DNA of 64,000 nucleotides, taken from positions 1 to 64,000 of IMG/VR virus record IMGVR_UViG_2728368993_000001; one strand, given 5' to 3'. Position numbers and translations under genes: made by a program. This DNA is from a virus (Duplodnaviria; Caudoviricetes). The notes under the pieces were generated by a model. The model searched no databases. It saw only the letters and a list, made by a program, of their open reading frames with translations, and was not told the origin of the DNA. Shown here in pieces: positions 11,540 to 22,202 of this stretch. Position 1 is the stretch's first letter, and every line of letters begins with the position of its first letter.

Positions 11540-12322
11540 GATATAGCAAGCGCACTGTCGAAATAATACATGAAACGATGTATAACGCTTTTGAAAAAGC
11601 TATTACCTTACATAAGGTAGTAAAGAATCCTTGCGCTAGCGTTACGATTAAGGGCGAGCAGAAAGACCAAGAAATTAAGTTCATTGAATCGGAGCACATA
11701 TCAGATTTCCTAAGAGAAGCTTATAATTATGATTATATTTATTGGATTTTTTATAAAACTCTTATTGAAACAGGAATGCGTAAAGGTGAAGCAGCTGCAC
11801 TTCAGTGGACAGATGTTGATTTCCAAAATAACGCTATAAACACTAATAAGTCTCTTGATTTTAAAGAAGCACCTAAAGGTGATCCAGATACGATGTTTGG
11901 TGATACAAAAACATATAAATTCGAGACGCATCATCACAATTAGCCAGGGACTTGCTAATGATCTGAGGTTTCATCAAAAATACCAATATCAAAATAAAAC
12001 CGCATTAAATAATAATTATCACTTTGAATTACATTTAGTTTTTTGCAGAAACGCTGGAAACTATATGCCTAAGTCAAGTCTTTTTAATTCGTTCGCTAGA
12101 ATTTTAAAAAAAGCTAATTTGCCTAAACTTCCTATTCACTCTCCAAGACACACACATGCCGTTTTACAATTGGAAGCCGGTGTGAGTATGAAATATTTAC
12201 AAGAACGTTTAGAACATGGCAGTATGCAAATAACCTCTGATGTTTATTCGCACATCAGTAAAAAAATCGATCAAGACCAAATGAACAAATTCGAAGAACA
12301 TATGAAAAATGTCCTTGAATAA
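11540..12322 (+). pseudogene. tyrosine integrase, 5'-truncated and frameshifted
   Basis: TGMRKGEAAAL in one frame; HSPRHTHA and RLEH (degenerate) in the next. Confidence 0.9.
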
Positions 12323-12431
12323 TTTATTTTTTGGACAATTCTTGGGCAATTGCTAAAACGTCAATGGAAAAGGCGTAATCTGCCCAAAACAAAAAAGCCC
12401 CAACACTAGATGTGTCATGGCTTCCCACGAT

Positions 12432-12491
12432 TTAATACATGTTCATATATTGCTCACGTTCCCATGGGTGAACTTGCGTGCGGAATATATC
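12432..12491 (-). repeat. displaced copy of glnA 3' end (att site)
   Basis: Encodes [19 protein letters not shown]; adjacent to the integrase end, a hairpin and GGGCAA repeats. Confidence 0.95.
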
Positions 12492-12678
12492 ATAACCTGA
12501 TATTTACCAATATTTAAGAGGAGAAGTATTGAATTTAAAGGGATTGTCAAAATCAATCAGCTAGTTAATATGTTTAGTTCTGAAGCAAAAGTGGTCAAAT
12601 ATATCTTGTTATAAAGTAAGAGTATAAACAAAAAATCTCTTCCAAATAAGAGAGAAGATTTTCAATAATTTATGTGAT

Positions 12679-12948
12679 TCAACCTTGTTCATCTAGCCAT
12701 GTTAACAAAAATTCTTTAGTCTTTTTTGCAGGGAATATCCATTTCCTACCCACTTTTCTTTTAGGGAATCTTGGATCATGGAAGAACTCTTTTTGTATTG
12801 TATCCCAACATAATCTAGTCTGCTGAACTAAATCCTTACTATCCCAAAACAATAACTCTTTATCATAACTTTCAATGTGCTCCTCTAATTTTTGTATATA
12901 TATTTTTCTAACTTCTCTTTCATCTAGTTTAACTTCAATCAAGCTCAA
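12679..12948 (-). CDS. putative excisionase / DNA-binding protein
   Basis: FFHDPRFPKRKVGRKWIFP wing motif; next to an att site. Confidence 0.65.
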   Translation of the reverse strand: MSLIEVKLDEREVRKIYIQKLEEHIESYDKELLFWDSKDLVQQTRLCWDTIQKEFFHDPRFPKRKVGRKWIFPAKKTKEFLLTWLDEQG

Positions 12949-13006
12949 CCCATCCCTTCTGTGTTGTATTATTTATACCTGTAAAAGTTTGTCCTATTAC
13001 TCAATT

Positions 13007-13530
13007 AATCTATGTATTTCGCAATCAACTCATCAATCAATCCATTAATAAAATACCTATAGTTAACCTTTTTCTTCACACTCTTTAATTCAGTCCCAAT
13101 TTCCTCACAGGTGGCAATTGGAATAGAACTCTTATTCACTTTGCTTATGTATGTTCCTTTATTTGATTCTCAGCTATGTTTTGATAATCCAGAAAGTCAT
13201 TTATATGGACAAAAAACGTTCTATTGTCAGGCTCACGGAAGTTAAACAAAAAACCCGCTATTACGCCATCGAATTTTGCTGCTTCTTTCAGATTTTTAAT
13301 TTGATGAGCTTTGATCATACTTTCCTTCATTGAAATGCTTTTTGCTTTCGTACTTTTTAACTCAACAGGAAACAAATGATTTTTACGAAATATTAGAGCA
13401 TCATATTTATTTTTTGGAACAGATTGCCCTTTTTTAATTGCCATAGGATTCACATCTCGTACACGAAAGAAAACGTACCCTGTTCGAAGCAACCTTGTTC
13501 AACCGACTGCTCAAAAATATTGCCTTCATT
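13007..13530 (-). pseudogene. RecU-like Holliday junction resolvase (frameshifted)
   Basis: NEGNIFE...YDALIF...VELKST...HQIKNL; the C-terminal part KSSIPIA...YRYFI is out of frame. Confidence 0.7.
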
Positions 13531-13663
13531 CGCCAAACAACCAATCATCTAAATCATATAATGTTATCTTTGTATTTTTTTCGAATTCTATGTATAAAAC
13601 CCTCCTACTAACGCAAACTATTCTTGCAACACCATATTCTAAAATTCTAAGGAGATGTACATC

Positions 13664-13864
13664 ATGACAAGTAACAACAGTAATAATTTAGTTGTTCCAG
13701 GAGTACAACAAGCATTAGATCAAATGAAATATGAAATTGCGCAAGAGTTCGGAGTTACATTAGGAGCTGAAACAACCTCACGCGCCAATGGATCTGTAGG
13801 TGGAGAAATTACAAAACGTTTAGTACAAATGGCTGAACAACAACTTGGTGGATATAACCGCTAA
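13664..13864 (+). CDS. alpha/beta-type small acid-soluble spore protein
   Basis: [10 protein letters not shown]...[16 protein letters not shown] signature. Confidence 0.95.
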   Translation: MTSNNSNNLVVPGVQQALDQMKYEIAQEFGVTLGAETTSRANGSVGGEITKRLVQMAEQQLGGYNR

Positions 13865-13950
13865 TCTTCAACTGATATTAAAAGTTATAGATGAGGAGAG
13901 ATTACCTTCTGACCTTTCTCTCCTCTTAAGTATACAATGAAACTCTGTTT

Positions 13951-14223
13951 TTATATGTTTAGCTCTTCCTCAACTTGATGAATTAACACTCTTCCTAACG
14001 ACAAGTGATATCTACCAAATAGCCGAGTTATGAAGTCATTAACTTCTATTGCATTATGTTTAACAGCTTCATAACTGATAAACGCATCACGAAACGATGA
14101 ACTACTCACATTGTCTAATCTTGCTTTGAAAGTTTCTATGAATTTATCAACGTGTGCTTCAGAATGACCAGTTAGCTCAATTAGTTTTTCTTTGTAGTTA
14201 TCGATATTGTATAAGTTTGACAT
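13951..14223 (-). CDS. phage hypothetical protein
   Basis: 90-aa ORF with GAGGG RBS. Confidence 0.55.
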   Translation of the reverse strand: MSNLYNIDNYKEKLIELTGHSEAHVDKFIETFKARLDNVSSSSFRDAFISYEAVKHNAIEVNDFITRLFGRYHLSLGRVLIHQVEEELNI

Positions 14224-14481
14224 GTATATTTTCCCTCAGCGTCGGCTATTACCCGTTTTTTGTATAAAATTATCTTTATTGACTCTTATAGAAATACATC
14301 ACTCACATATAACTTCCTTAATTCTAACTTAATACTTTCAGTTGAATAGGATATCCCACCATCCATAGAAATCAAAGCTTCTAATACAGGCAGCTCATTT
14401 AATGCTTTATTAAAATTAATTATTTTATGTTTTTGCTCATCTTTAGGTTAGACTACTATTGAAAAATTTGATGGTCGATTC

Positions 14482-15117
14482 TTAAGCCCTAATATAACCA
14501 AGAAACAACTCTTTTAAAAATTGTTGCTGGTCCATGGCCGTAATTCCTGATGAAAAATTAGCCACCTTTTCATGCAGCGTAATTTTAGTTGAAAACATAC
14601 CAAAACAATTCGTTATTGTGGCAAGAGCTAATTCCGTTTTTATATCTGAACGAATGGAACCATCAACTTCGCCTTGCTTAATGATTTTGAATATCTCATG
14701 CGATAAAACCTCTTGTATTTCTATATAAGCATTAATATTTTCTAAAGGCTCATTTCTGTATGAAGAGTAACTTTCAAATGCTTCACGAAATAACGTAACT
14801 TTTCTAGCTGGCCCATTTGCTATCTCTAAAAAGTAATCAAATAATTGCTCTAGTTTATCAAATGCATTTTTTTCTGAATCAGCAATCTTTTGTAAGTCTT
14901 CTTGAAACTTGCCTAAAACAAAGACTGCTACTTCCACAATTATATTTTCTTTTTTTGGAAAATAACGAAATAATGTCGCGATACCAACATTAGCCTTTGT
15001 GGCAATATCCTGCATCTGTACGTCATATAAGCCTTTCTCTGAAAATAATTCCTCAGCAGCAAGAATAATTTGTTCTGTGCGTTGCTTTTTATTTTTTTCT
15101 CTAGTATTAATATCCAA
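14482..15117 (-). CDS. TetR/AcrR family regulator
   Basis: AAEELFSEKG...DIATKANVGIATLFRYFPKKE HTH. Confidence 0.93.
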   Translation of the reverse strand: MDINTREKNKKQRTEQIILAAEELFSEKGLYDVQMQDIATKANVGIATLFRYFPKKENIIVEVAVFVLGKFQEDLQKIADSEKNAFDKLEQLFDYFLEIANGPARKVTLFREAFESYSSYRNEPLENINAYIEIQEVLSHEIFKIIKQGEVDGSIRSDIKTELALATITNCFGMFSTKITLHEKVANFSSGITAMDQQQFLKELFLGYIRA

Positions 15118-15184
15118 AATTTTACAACCCTTTCTATTATCTTGATATATTCTTATAACTATTATAAAATAAATTTGTAGAAAA

Positions 15185-15201
15185 TGATAGTTGAACTATC
15201 A
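15185..15201. promoter_or_regulatory. probable TetR operator
   Basis: Perfect inverted repeat TGATAGTT-G-AACTATCA between the divergent tetR and SDR genes. Confidence 0.7.
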
Positions 15202-15224
15202 AAATAACCAAAAGAGGTGCTATT

Positions 15225-15959
15225 ATGACAAGATTATTAAATAAAGTCGCTATTATTACAGGTGCAGCACGTGGTATGGGTGCTTCACATGCACGTAAAT
15301 TTGTTGAAGAAGGCGCAAAAGTTGTAATAACAGATCTAAACGAAGAAGCAGGTATAGCACTTGCTCAGGAGCTTGGCGAAAATGCTATGTTCATTAAACA
15401 AGACGTATCCAGTGAAGCAGATTGGGAAGCAGTCGTCGCTGAAACTGAAAAAGCTTTTGGCCCCGTAAATATTTTAGTGAATAACGCTGGTATTAGTGTC
15501 AACAATTCTATTGAAAATACAGCATTAGAGCAATATTTAAAAATCGTAAATATTAATCAAGTATCTGTATTTTTAGGGATGAAGGCAGTTGTATCATCTA
15601 TGAAAAAAACAGAAAACGGATCAATCGTCAATATTTCTTCAATGAATGGCTTAGTAGCTGGAGCAATTGGTTATACCGATACTAAATTTGCAGTTCGCGG
15701 AATGACAAAAGCAGCAGCGATAGATTTTGCGCGCTACGGTATTCGCGTAAACTCAGTACATCCAGGTGTGATAGAAACACCAATGGTAACAGAAGGCGAT
15801 GCTGTTGAAGTCATTAAAGAATTTGCGAAACATATTCCACTTAAACGTGTCGCAAAGTCAGAAGAAGTAACAAATCTTGTTTTATTCTTAGCTTCCGAAG
15901 AATCAAGCTATTCTACAGGTTCTGAATTCGTAATTGATGGTGGCTTAACTGCACAATAA
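15225..15959 (+). CDS. short-chain dehydrogenase (3-alpha/20-beta-HSD-like)
   Basis: TGAARGMG, NNAG, YTDTK and NSVHPG motifs. Confidence 0.93.
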   Translation: MTRLLNKVAIITGAARGMGASHARKFVEEGAKVVITDLNEEAGIALAQELGENAMFIKQDVSSEADWEAVVAETEKAFGPVNILVNNAGISVNNSIENTALEQYLKIVNINQVSVFLGMKAVVSSMKKTENGSIVNISSMNGLVAGAIGYTDTKFAVRGMTKAAAIDFARYGIRVNSVHPGVIETPMVTEGDAVEVIKEFAKHIPLKRVAKSEEVTNLVLFLASEESSYSTGSEFVIDGGLTAQ

Positions 15960-16245
15960 TTTATTCAATCAAATACTCTGGTTGACTTCTTAATGTTTTT
16001 AGAGGCAACCAGTTTTTACTGTATATGGTTGATCATCAACCTTATTCTGCTCTTCTTTAATAATATTCATTTGGTGTAAGCTCAATGTTCATACTAGACA
16101 CTCCCTTTATTGTAAATTTATTTTTAATTAAAATACAAGTTTTGTTAATTTGACAATTTCACGTAATTTTACTTTTATTAATGTTAAAAAGAAAAGTCCT
16201 CAATATCTTTAATATGTATCTACTTTTCACCAATCATGATTACAG

Positions 16246-16548
16246 TCATGATATGGAAACCTTTAATGCTGAGTTGACGCTCAGTATTTTTTTGTCCTCT
16301 TCTTTCAAAATTTTTTCTTCAAACTCTACCACTGTCTCAAATTCTTCCTCATTGGCATTTTCTACTGTTTCCCATTTCATATCATAAGATGTTTCCTTTA
16401 TTTTATGTATAATTTCCCCAGTATCTAATAGTTGATCCTTAAATTGTAGTGAATCATTCGTAAATGTTTTAAGTATTTCAGATTCCTTCACGACTTCCAT
16501 GACCACTTCTATGTCAATTACAAGTTTACCTCTTACTAGTTTTTTCAT
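16246..16548 (-). CDS. hypothetical protein
   Basis: 100-aa ORF downstream of the yopR-like gene. Confidence 0.45.
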   Translation of the reverse strand: MKKLVRGKLVIDIEVVMEVVKESEILKTFTNDSLQFKDQLLDTGEIIHKIKETSYDMKWETVENANEEEFETVVEFEEKILKEEDKKILSVNSALKVSIS

Positions 16549-16665
16549 GTATATAATTCACAAACTTCCAAATTTTATTTTTATAAAAATTGTAATGGAT
16601 AATTTTATCTTTATTATATGTATTTTTAAATCCCTCTAATTATTAAGGGATTTAAAATTGCTACT

Positions 16666-17661
16666 TCATTCAAATATTTCTGGATACAAGTCCTTCAAAT
16701 TTTCTATGTTGATATATTGCCTTAGAGAATGAAGATTATAGCCCAACTCACCATTTCTCATAATTTTTTTCATACCGAATTTATCACCAATTATTTTTAA
16801 TTCGTCATTACCAAGTGTCTTTCTTTCTATATATAAGTCTTTTGCTAAAGCTATTTTACCTGATTTCTCGATGTTGCTAGCAGTTAAATATGGATAATCA
16901 AGAACATCTTTATCGGACATCATTGAAAGCCTTCTAAATATTAGATGCTTACTTGCTTTCTCTGCGTTCACAAGATTATTAGTTAAGGTTGATTTAATTA
17001 CGTAATCATTATCCACCAGAAGGGCATGTGGTTTCTTACCAGTCGATTGTCCGTTCTTTAATAAATAATGGATATTTTCTTTATCTAGCGCACCTTCGAT
17101 TATTTCTATTACTTCTTTAGATACTTCTAATGGTCGTTCGTCTCCATCATCATCTCTCAAATTAAGTATTCTATGTTCAAAATCTATATCATCACTTGTC
17201 AAATTTAATATCTCAGAAAGACCATCCCCTGCTACCCCTATAAATAAAAGACAAACTATCACTTTATCTTGATAATTAACCAGCTTCTCTAACATTTCAC
17301 TTATCTCTTCATCTGTATATAAAAGTTTCAATGACCTATCTATAAAATTATCAAAATAAGACATATGCTTTGACGATATTAGGTTAATATTACTTCTTCT
17401 ATAACCTTTAGGCTCTATTGACCATTCGATGTATTTTCTAATAAATCTCCCGTATGTTCTTGCTGAGTTTGTAGTTTTCGGATTTAACTCCCTCATCATA
17501 TCTTCAATTTCTTCTATAGTGAAATCAAACAAGTCTTTTTCTTTTAATAACTCTGTTTCAGCACTCTTTATAAAAATATGCTTTATTGTATCTATTGTAC
17601 TTTTATTATCATATCGACTTAAAAATTGTTCCTTTATGTGTTCTTGATATAATTCGGCCAC
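16666..17661 (-). CDS. SPbeta YopR/MrpR-like lytic-cycle repressor (inactive recombinase fold)
   Basis: KDLFDFTIEEI, LLFIGVAG..SEILNL and IEKSGKI motifs; third gene of a yopP-Q-R-like cluster. Confidence 0.75.
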   Translation of the reverse strand: MAELYQEHIKEQFLSRYDNKSTIDTIKHIFIKSAETELLKEKDLFDFTIEEIEDMMRELNPKTTNSARTYGRFIRKYIEWSIEPKGYRRSNINLISSKHMSYFDNFIDRSLKLLYTDEEISEMLEKLVNYQDKVIVCLLFIGVAGDGLSEILNLTSDDIDFEHRILNLRDDDGDERPLEVSKEVIEIIEGALDKENIHYLLKNGQSTGKKPHALLVDNDYVIKSTLTNNLVNAEKASKHLIFRRLSMMSDKDVLDYPYLTASNIEKSGKIALAKDLYIERKTLGNDELKIIGDKFGMKKIMRNGELGYNLHSLRQYINIENLKDLYPEIFE

Positions 17662-17663
17662 AA

Positions 17664-19019
17664 TTATTCAATACCTCCTGCAGCTTTAAACTTATTCAAC
17701 TCAAGATTCCTGAAATACATTTTCACCTTTGGTTTAGCAGTACTTACAAAATTTTTATTTTTATCTAGAACTCCTGCTTTTTCCCAGACTTCATTATCTC
17801 TAGTTATATTTAGTTCATCTATTATCTCTTTAAGATTTCGAATTTTAAGTTTATCATCCAACATTTTTCTTGCTAATATAATATAACCTGCGAACATTAT
17901 ATTTTCACTAATCAAATTCCTATCTTTTCCTAGGTTATCTACAAATTCCTCCGAATAAGTCCCAATTAAATGATCAAAAAATTTAGTAAGATACTCACCA
18001 ACTTCTTCCGCATCTAATTTGGTTTTCATTTGAAATTCTTCATCTATTGTATCTGCTAAAGTATTATAAGAAACAACTTCTCCCAAAGTCGGCTTTGGAG
18101 TTGAGGTCTGCGATACTCTTCCTTTTAAATCAGATTCTCTCATTAAATGTCTAACAACCATATCTGATTTTCTTGATTCCTTTAATGCTTCTATATGTGT
18201 TTTTGAAATTGGATTGAATGTACTTATTTGAGCTAAATGACGTTGAGCTTGTTTAGTGTTAAAGTTTTTTATTGAAATAATAAACTCATGTTCTAGCTCA
18301 GGATTAGATTCTAATGCATTAATTATCCCAAAGATTCGATGCATCCCATCAACAATGTCCAAGAATGTACCATCTTTAATAATCAATTGCATTTTTTTAG
18401 CATCATACTCTAACTCTTCTCCGTCATCAGCAGTACCAACTAATGCGTTAATAGTTATAGTCGTTTTCTCTAACTCACCTTTTAACGCTGCTTGTGCAAT
18501 TTCATCTACAGATTTACTATTTAAGTTGATTACCTTTTGAATTGTATTATTTCTTTTTACTTTAATATGCTCTCTTTGAGTATCAAAGTTATACCTTAAC
18601 AGCTGATTATCCATTAATTGTTTTATAAATTTACCATTCCAAACTGTAACAAAATTCTCAGAATCAATCATGATGACATTATTTAAATATATAGGAAAAT
18701 CAATCATGTTAATGCTACTTAATAATGAATAATCAAAAGTTCTAGCCACTTTTAACTCTTGTTCTTCAAATATATTTGTAGGGTTTAAACCATCTAACAT
18801 TGTTTCTAAATAGATTTCTTCAGTTAATAAACAAAGAATTCTCAGATCTAATTCCGGAAGACTTTCTTGAGGATTAGCAAAATATCTCTGTACTGCTCCA
18901 GGAGGAATACTGTACGCCTTCAATCCTGTTTTAATATTTTTAACTTTCTTCTTATCATGTTTTATCTCTAATATAACATCTTGCAATGTATTTTCTAATT
19001 CACTTCTACTTGCTCTCAC
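17664..19019 (-). CDS. SPbeta YopQ-like protein (DndB/DGQHR-type domain)
   Basis: YNFDTQR and IVDGMHRI motifs; ~450 aa; synteny with yopP/yopR-like genes. Confidence 0.75.
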   Translation of the reverse strand: MRASRSELENTLQDVILEIKHDKKKVKNIKTGLKAYSIPPGAVQRYFANPQESLPELDLRILCLLTEEIYLETMLDGLNPTNIFEEQELKVARTFDYSLLSSINMIDFPIYLNNVIMIDSENFVTVWNGKFIKQLMDNQLLRYNFDTQREHIKVKRNNTIQKVINLNSKSVDEIAQAALKGELEKTTITINALVGTADDGEELEYDAKKMQLIIKDGTFLDIVDGMHRIFGIINALESNPELEHEFIISIKNFNTKQAQRHLAQISTFNPISKTHIEALKESRKSDMVVRHLMRESDLKGRVSQTSTPKPTLGEVVSYNTLADTIDEEFQMKTKLDAEEVGEYLTKFFDHLIGTYSEEFVDNLGKDRNLISENIMFAGYIILARKMLDDKLKIRNLKEIIDELNITRDNEVWEKAGVLDKNKNFVSTAKPKVKMYFRNLELNKFKAAGGIE

Positions 19020-19119
19020 TAAATAGTGCCACCCCTTTAAGCGTAATCTTATAAATATCTATTGATAATAATATACAGTCTTTAAAATTCAACGTAAACA
19101 ATAATTACATATTTTCCCC

Positions 19120-20094
19120 TTAATTTCTTAGCTCTCTATTTTGATTTTCTTTAATCTTATTATTAAGTAACAGCACAAAAGATTCATCCATCTCACTTAA
19201 AGCATCCAATAAACTCTGATGACTAATCTTCTTGTGCAAATCTAAATCTATATCTTCAGTAAATGTAATTGCTCCATAACTTTCCTTCTGAATATATCTA
19301 ACTGTAGTGTTAAAATTCTTATGATTTGCAAATCTCATAATTGCAAAAGGATCTTTAGTTAACTTATAAAAATTACTGCTGGCAGCTTTTCTAATACTAT
19401 GAATAACAATGTTACGTTGTTTAGGAAAGCTCATTTTCTTCCTAATTCGATTGAACACGCTCACAATACTATCTGAAGATATATCAAATACTTTTTCTTG
19501 GCCTTTATTTAAAATCATTAACTCCTCATAAAACTTTGTAGAAATCTCTTTTCTAAATTTAACGTTTCCTTTACCTATACCACTTATAAAAACACTTGAA
19601 CCTTCCATATGAAAGGCAATCCACTTTAAATTTAGTAGCTCTTCTTTTCTTAAAGCAGTATTTAATCCCAGTAGAAAGAAATACTTTTTTATAATGCCCT
19701 TCTCTCTTTCCTCAAGAGCTAAATCAGACATCTGCTTTACTTCACTAACTGTCAATATGCCGTGTCGTTCAGAATCATCTGCCTTACTTTTTATCCGTTT
19801 CAAGTAACTGATGTCATTTACAATTTTCTTTGAGTGTAAATACTCAAGTAACGACTTCACACTAGACATCTTCCTATTAATGGTCGCATTGGCGTATAGT
19901 CCTGACAATTCTAGAAACTCTATAAAGTATTCAAAGTCATCCAGTCTACTATTCATATCTTCTTGCTTTAAAAATTTAATATCTTGGTCTCTAATTATTG
20001 AAAAGAAATCTGTTACATCTTTGGTATAGGCATTACTCGTTTCATTGCTTTCATATTTATTACTTTTAGTTTTCTTTTGATCTAAAAACCTCAT
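19120..20094 (-). CDS. SPbeta YopP-like tyrosine recombinase-family protein
   Basis: TALRKEELL, HSIRKA and ANHKNFNTTVRY motifs. Confidence 0.8.
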   Translation of the reverse strand: MRFLDQKKTKSNKYESNETSNAYTKDVTDFFSIIRDQDIKFLKQEDMNSRLDDFEYFIEFLELSGLYANATINRKMSSVKSLLEYLHSKKIVNDISYLKRIKSKADDSERHGILTVSEVKQMSDLALEEREKGIIKKYFFLLGLNTALRKEELLNLKWIAFHMEGSSVFISGIGKGNVKFRKEISTKFYEELMILNKGQEKVFDISSDSIVSVFNRIRKKMSFPKQRNIVIHSIRKAASSNFYKLTKDPFAIMRFANHKNFNTTVRYIQKESYGAITFTEDIDLDLHKKISHQSLLDALSEMDESFVLLLNNKIKENQNRELRN

Positions 20095-20502
20095 TATTTG
20101 CTTATATACTTCTGATGAATGTATCTCCGGAATGTTTTTTCTGTAATCTTATCTTTAATATCATTTAGATTAGCTTTCGATCATTTCTTTTTTAAATTTA
20201 ATTTGATTGTATGTACTCCACTTAGGCGAATGCTGAACCACATGGTTTAATATTTCCCCATCTTTTAACATCATGATTTATCTTTCCTCCCAAGTATTCT
20301 TTGTATAAACTCATTATATAGTAAATTTATGCAACAACCAACTACTTTATATTTAATTTCATAAATTTATCTTTAAAATTATATTCAAATATAAAAACAA
20401 AAAAAGATTGTGAATTTACACATATAAAAACCCTTGATAAATAAGGGATTCCTTAGCTGAATTCACAATCTTTTTAAGTTAAAATCGCTGTTTTATTATA
20501 TG

Positions 20503-20931
20503 TTAACCTCTTCTTCCGCCTCTACCGCCCCGTTTTGATTCGGTATTACGTTTAAGAGATGATAAGTTTTCTTCGCTGGACTTTAGAAATTTGGACATTT
20601 TATCATCAAAGGTTTCTTTTGGTTGGAAATTACTTTTTGGACGATTATCAGTTTTACGGAATGGTCGCTTAGTATAAGTTTCACGATGTCCTTCAGGTCT
20701 ATCAATGGTTTGCTTTATCGATAAAGCAATCTTGCCTTCTTTTTCACTTAAGACTTTTACTTCAACCTGATCTCCTATTTTAAGATGATCATTAACATCT
20801 TTTACATAACTACCTGCAACCTCACTAATGTGTACAAGTCCGGTTATGTTTCCTGGTAACTCTACAAATGCTCCGAAATTAGTGATTCCTGTTACTTTAC
20901 CCTGTACCTTGCTGCCTATTTCGATTGACAT
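20503..20931 (-). CDS. S1-domain RNA-binding protein (YabR-like)
   Basis: GKVTGITNFGAFVEL...GLVHISEVA; C-terminal KRGGRGGRRG. Confidence 0.92.
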   Translation of the reverse strand: MSIEIGSKVQGKVTGITNFGAFVELPGNITGLVHISEVAGSYVKDVNDHLKIGDQVEVKVLSEKEGKIALSIKQTIDRPEGHRETYTKRPFRKTDNRPKSNFQPKETFDDKMSKFLKSSEENLSSLKRNTESKRGGRGGRRG

Positions 20932-21044
20932 TAAAATATTTTCCTCCTAAATGTATCAATACTTCATTAATCAAATTAATTGTATGATCTATAATCATAC
21001 CACAATAAATAGCATTCTGACACAACACTTTCAAGATGAATGAA

Positions 21045-21620
21045 TCATTTCAATTTAACCTTTTCTAGTTTTTTGAACATTTCTGACATCATTTCTCTAT
21101 TTTCCATCCTTAAGCTTTTTGCTTCAGAAGCATGATCTTTGCAAATTTCTATTGACTTTTTTATTTCACATTCAATGCTGGAAACCTTATCATCGGTTAG
21201 AATACCTTCTAGATAAACTAGCATATACTCTAGATGCTTAGTAATCTGATCTTGTTGAGCTTGTCGTTTACTTATTCGTTTAACATTGCCATTATTTAAT
21301 TTTATTTTTTTGACGTATTGTCTAATTTTATGACTGTTCTCTCTATCCTCTGCATCAAGCGTAATGTCATATAGCGTAACTAATTCGGCCTTCTTTGGTT
21401 TCATAATAAGCAAAGTTTCCCCGTTTATATAATAATCGAGTGTGTCACGGCGACTTGGAGCATAATTTTCAATTAATAAAATAGATTCATTTATGAATTC
21501 CAGTATTCTGTAGACAACTTCATAATAATTATCATTGATATATTTTTGTATTTTGCTATCGTCGCTAACTCCTATTACTCTTTGTACAAACCTGTACATT
21601 ACATGATTGTCGATTTTCAT
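21045..21620 (-). CDS. phage hypothetical protein
   Basis: 191 aa, GAGGTG RBS, N-terminal IDNHVMYRFVQR. Confidence 0.7.
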   Translation of the reverse strand: MKIDNHVMYRFVQRVIGVSDDSKIQKYINDNYYEVVYRILEFINESILLIENYAPSRRDTLDYYINGETLLIMKPKKAELVTLYDITLDAEDRENSHKIRQYVKKIKLNNGNVKRISKRQAQQDQITKHLEYMLVYLEGILTDDKVSSIECEIKKSIEICKDHASEAKSLRMENREMMSEMFKKLEKVKLK

Positions 21621-21796
21621 TTTATCACCTCACATTCTATTATAATATTCCGTTAATTTTTCTAGCAATATAGCAAACCTTCGTGCAACTGTCGTTTATT
21701 CATAAAATAAATGTTTTATTCAGGAAAATCTAGCGCCTACTGAGTAAATGGAAGTAACATAAATTTATCTATTACTATTTACCTGTGATACAATAT

Positions 21797-21880
21797 ATGT
21801 GGCAAATTTTATGAAAGTAAAAGACGCAAAGCCACGGGTCTAAAGTGATATCTAATCACCATGACAGCCGGGTTGCCAAG
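21797..21880 (+). ncRNA. c-di-GMP-I (GEMM) riboswitch
   Basis: GGCAAA-TTTTAT-GAAA-GTAAAA-GACGCAAAGCCACGGGTCTAAAG...ATGACAGCCGGGTTGCC follows the class-I consensus layout. Confidence 0.88.
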
Positions 21881-21929
21881 TTTATCCCCTTTCTAATTTG
21901 CCTGAAAATTAGAGAAAAGAGGGCGTGTC

Positions 21930-22130
21930 TTGCATTACCCCACAGTTGTATTGAGTAATACCAATGAGATACACATTGTAAAAGATGAACACACTTGTAT
22001 TTGCGGAGAAAAATATAACCATTTTATAACTTTTACAAGATCTGACTTAAGAAAGATTAAATTCAAAAAGCTTGATAAAGTTGACTGTCCGCTATGTAAA
22101 GTGCTATTAAAAAAAGATTTTCAAGTTTAA
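21930..22130 (+). CDS. small Cys/His-containing (putative Zn-binding) protein downstream of the riboswitch
   Basis: H..C.CG....C..C pattern, AGAGGG RBS, terminator at 22143-22167. Confidence 0.7.
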   Translation: MHYPTVVLSNTNEIHIVKDEHTCICGEKYNHFITFTRSDLRKIKFKKLDKVDCPLCKVLLKKDFQV

Positions 22131-22202
22131 ATCGCTTTGACACCTCTCTATTTGGAGAGGTTTTTTATACTTAATCATTTCGAATAATTCTTATATTTCA
22201 AT

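Larger units (their letters stand above)
1532..12431. mobile_element. decayed prophage(s) with two integrase remnants
   Basis: Bounded by glnA-tail copies; contains a lysis cassette and ArpU and integrase fragments. Confidence 0.8.

Noticed and set aside
17664-19019. Dnd phosphorothioation system
   Set aside because: Only a DndB/DGQHR-like domain is present, with no dndACDE, and synteny fits SPbeta yopQ
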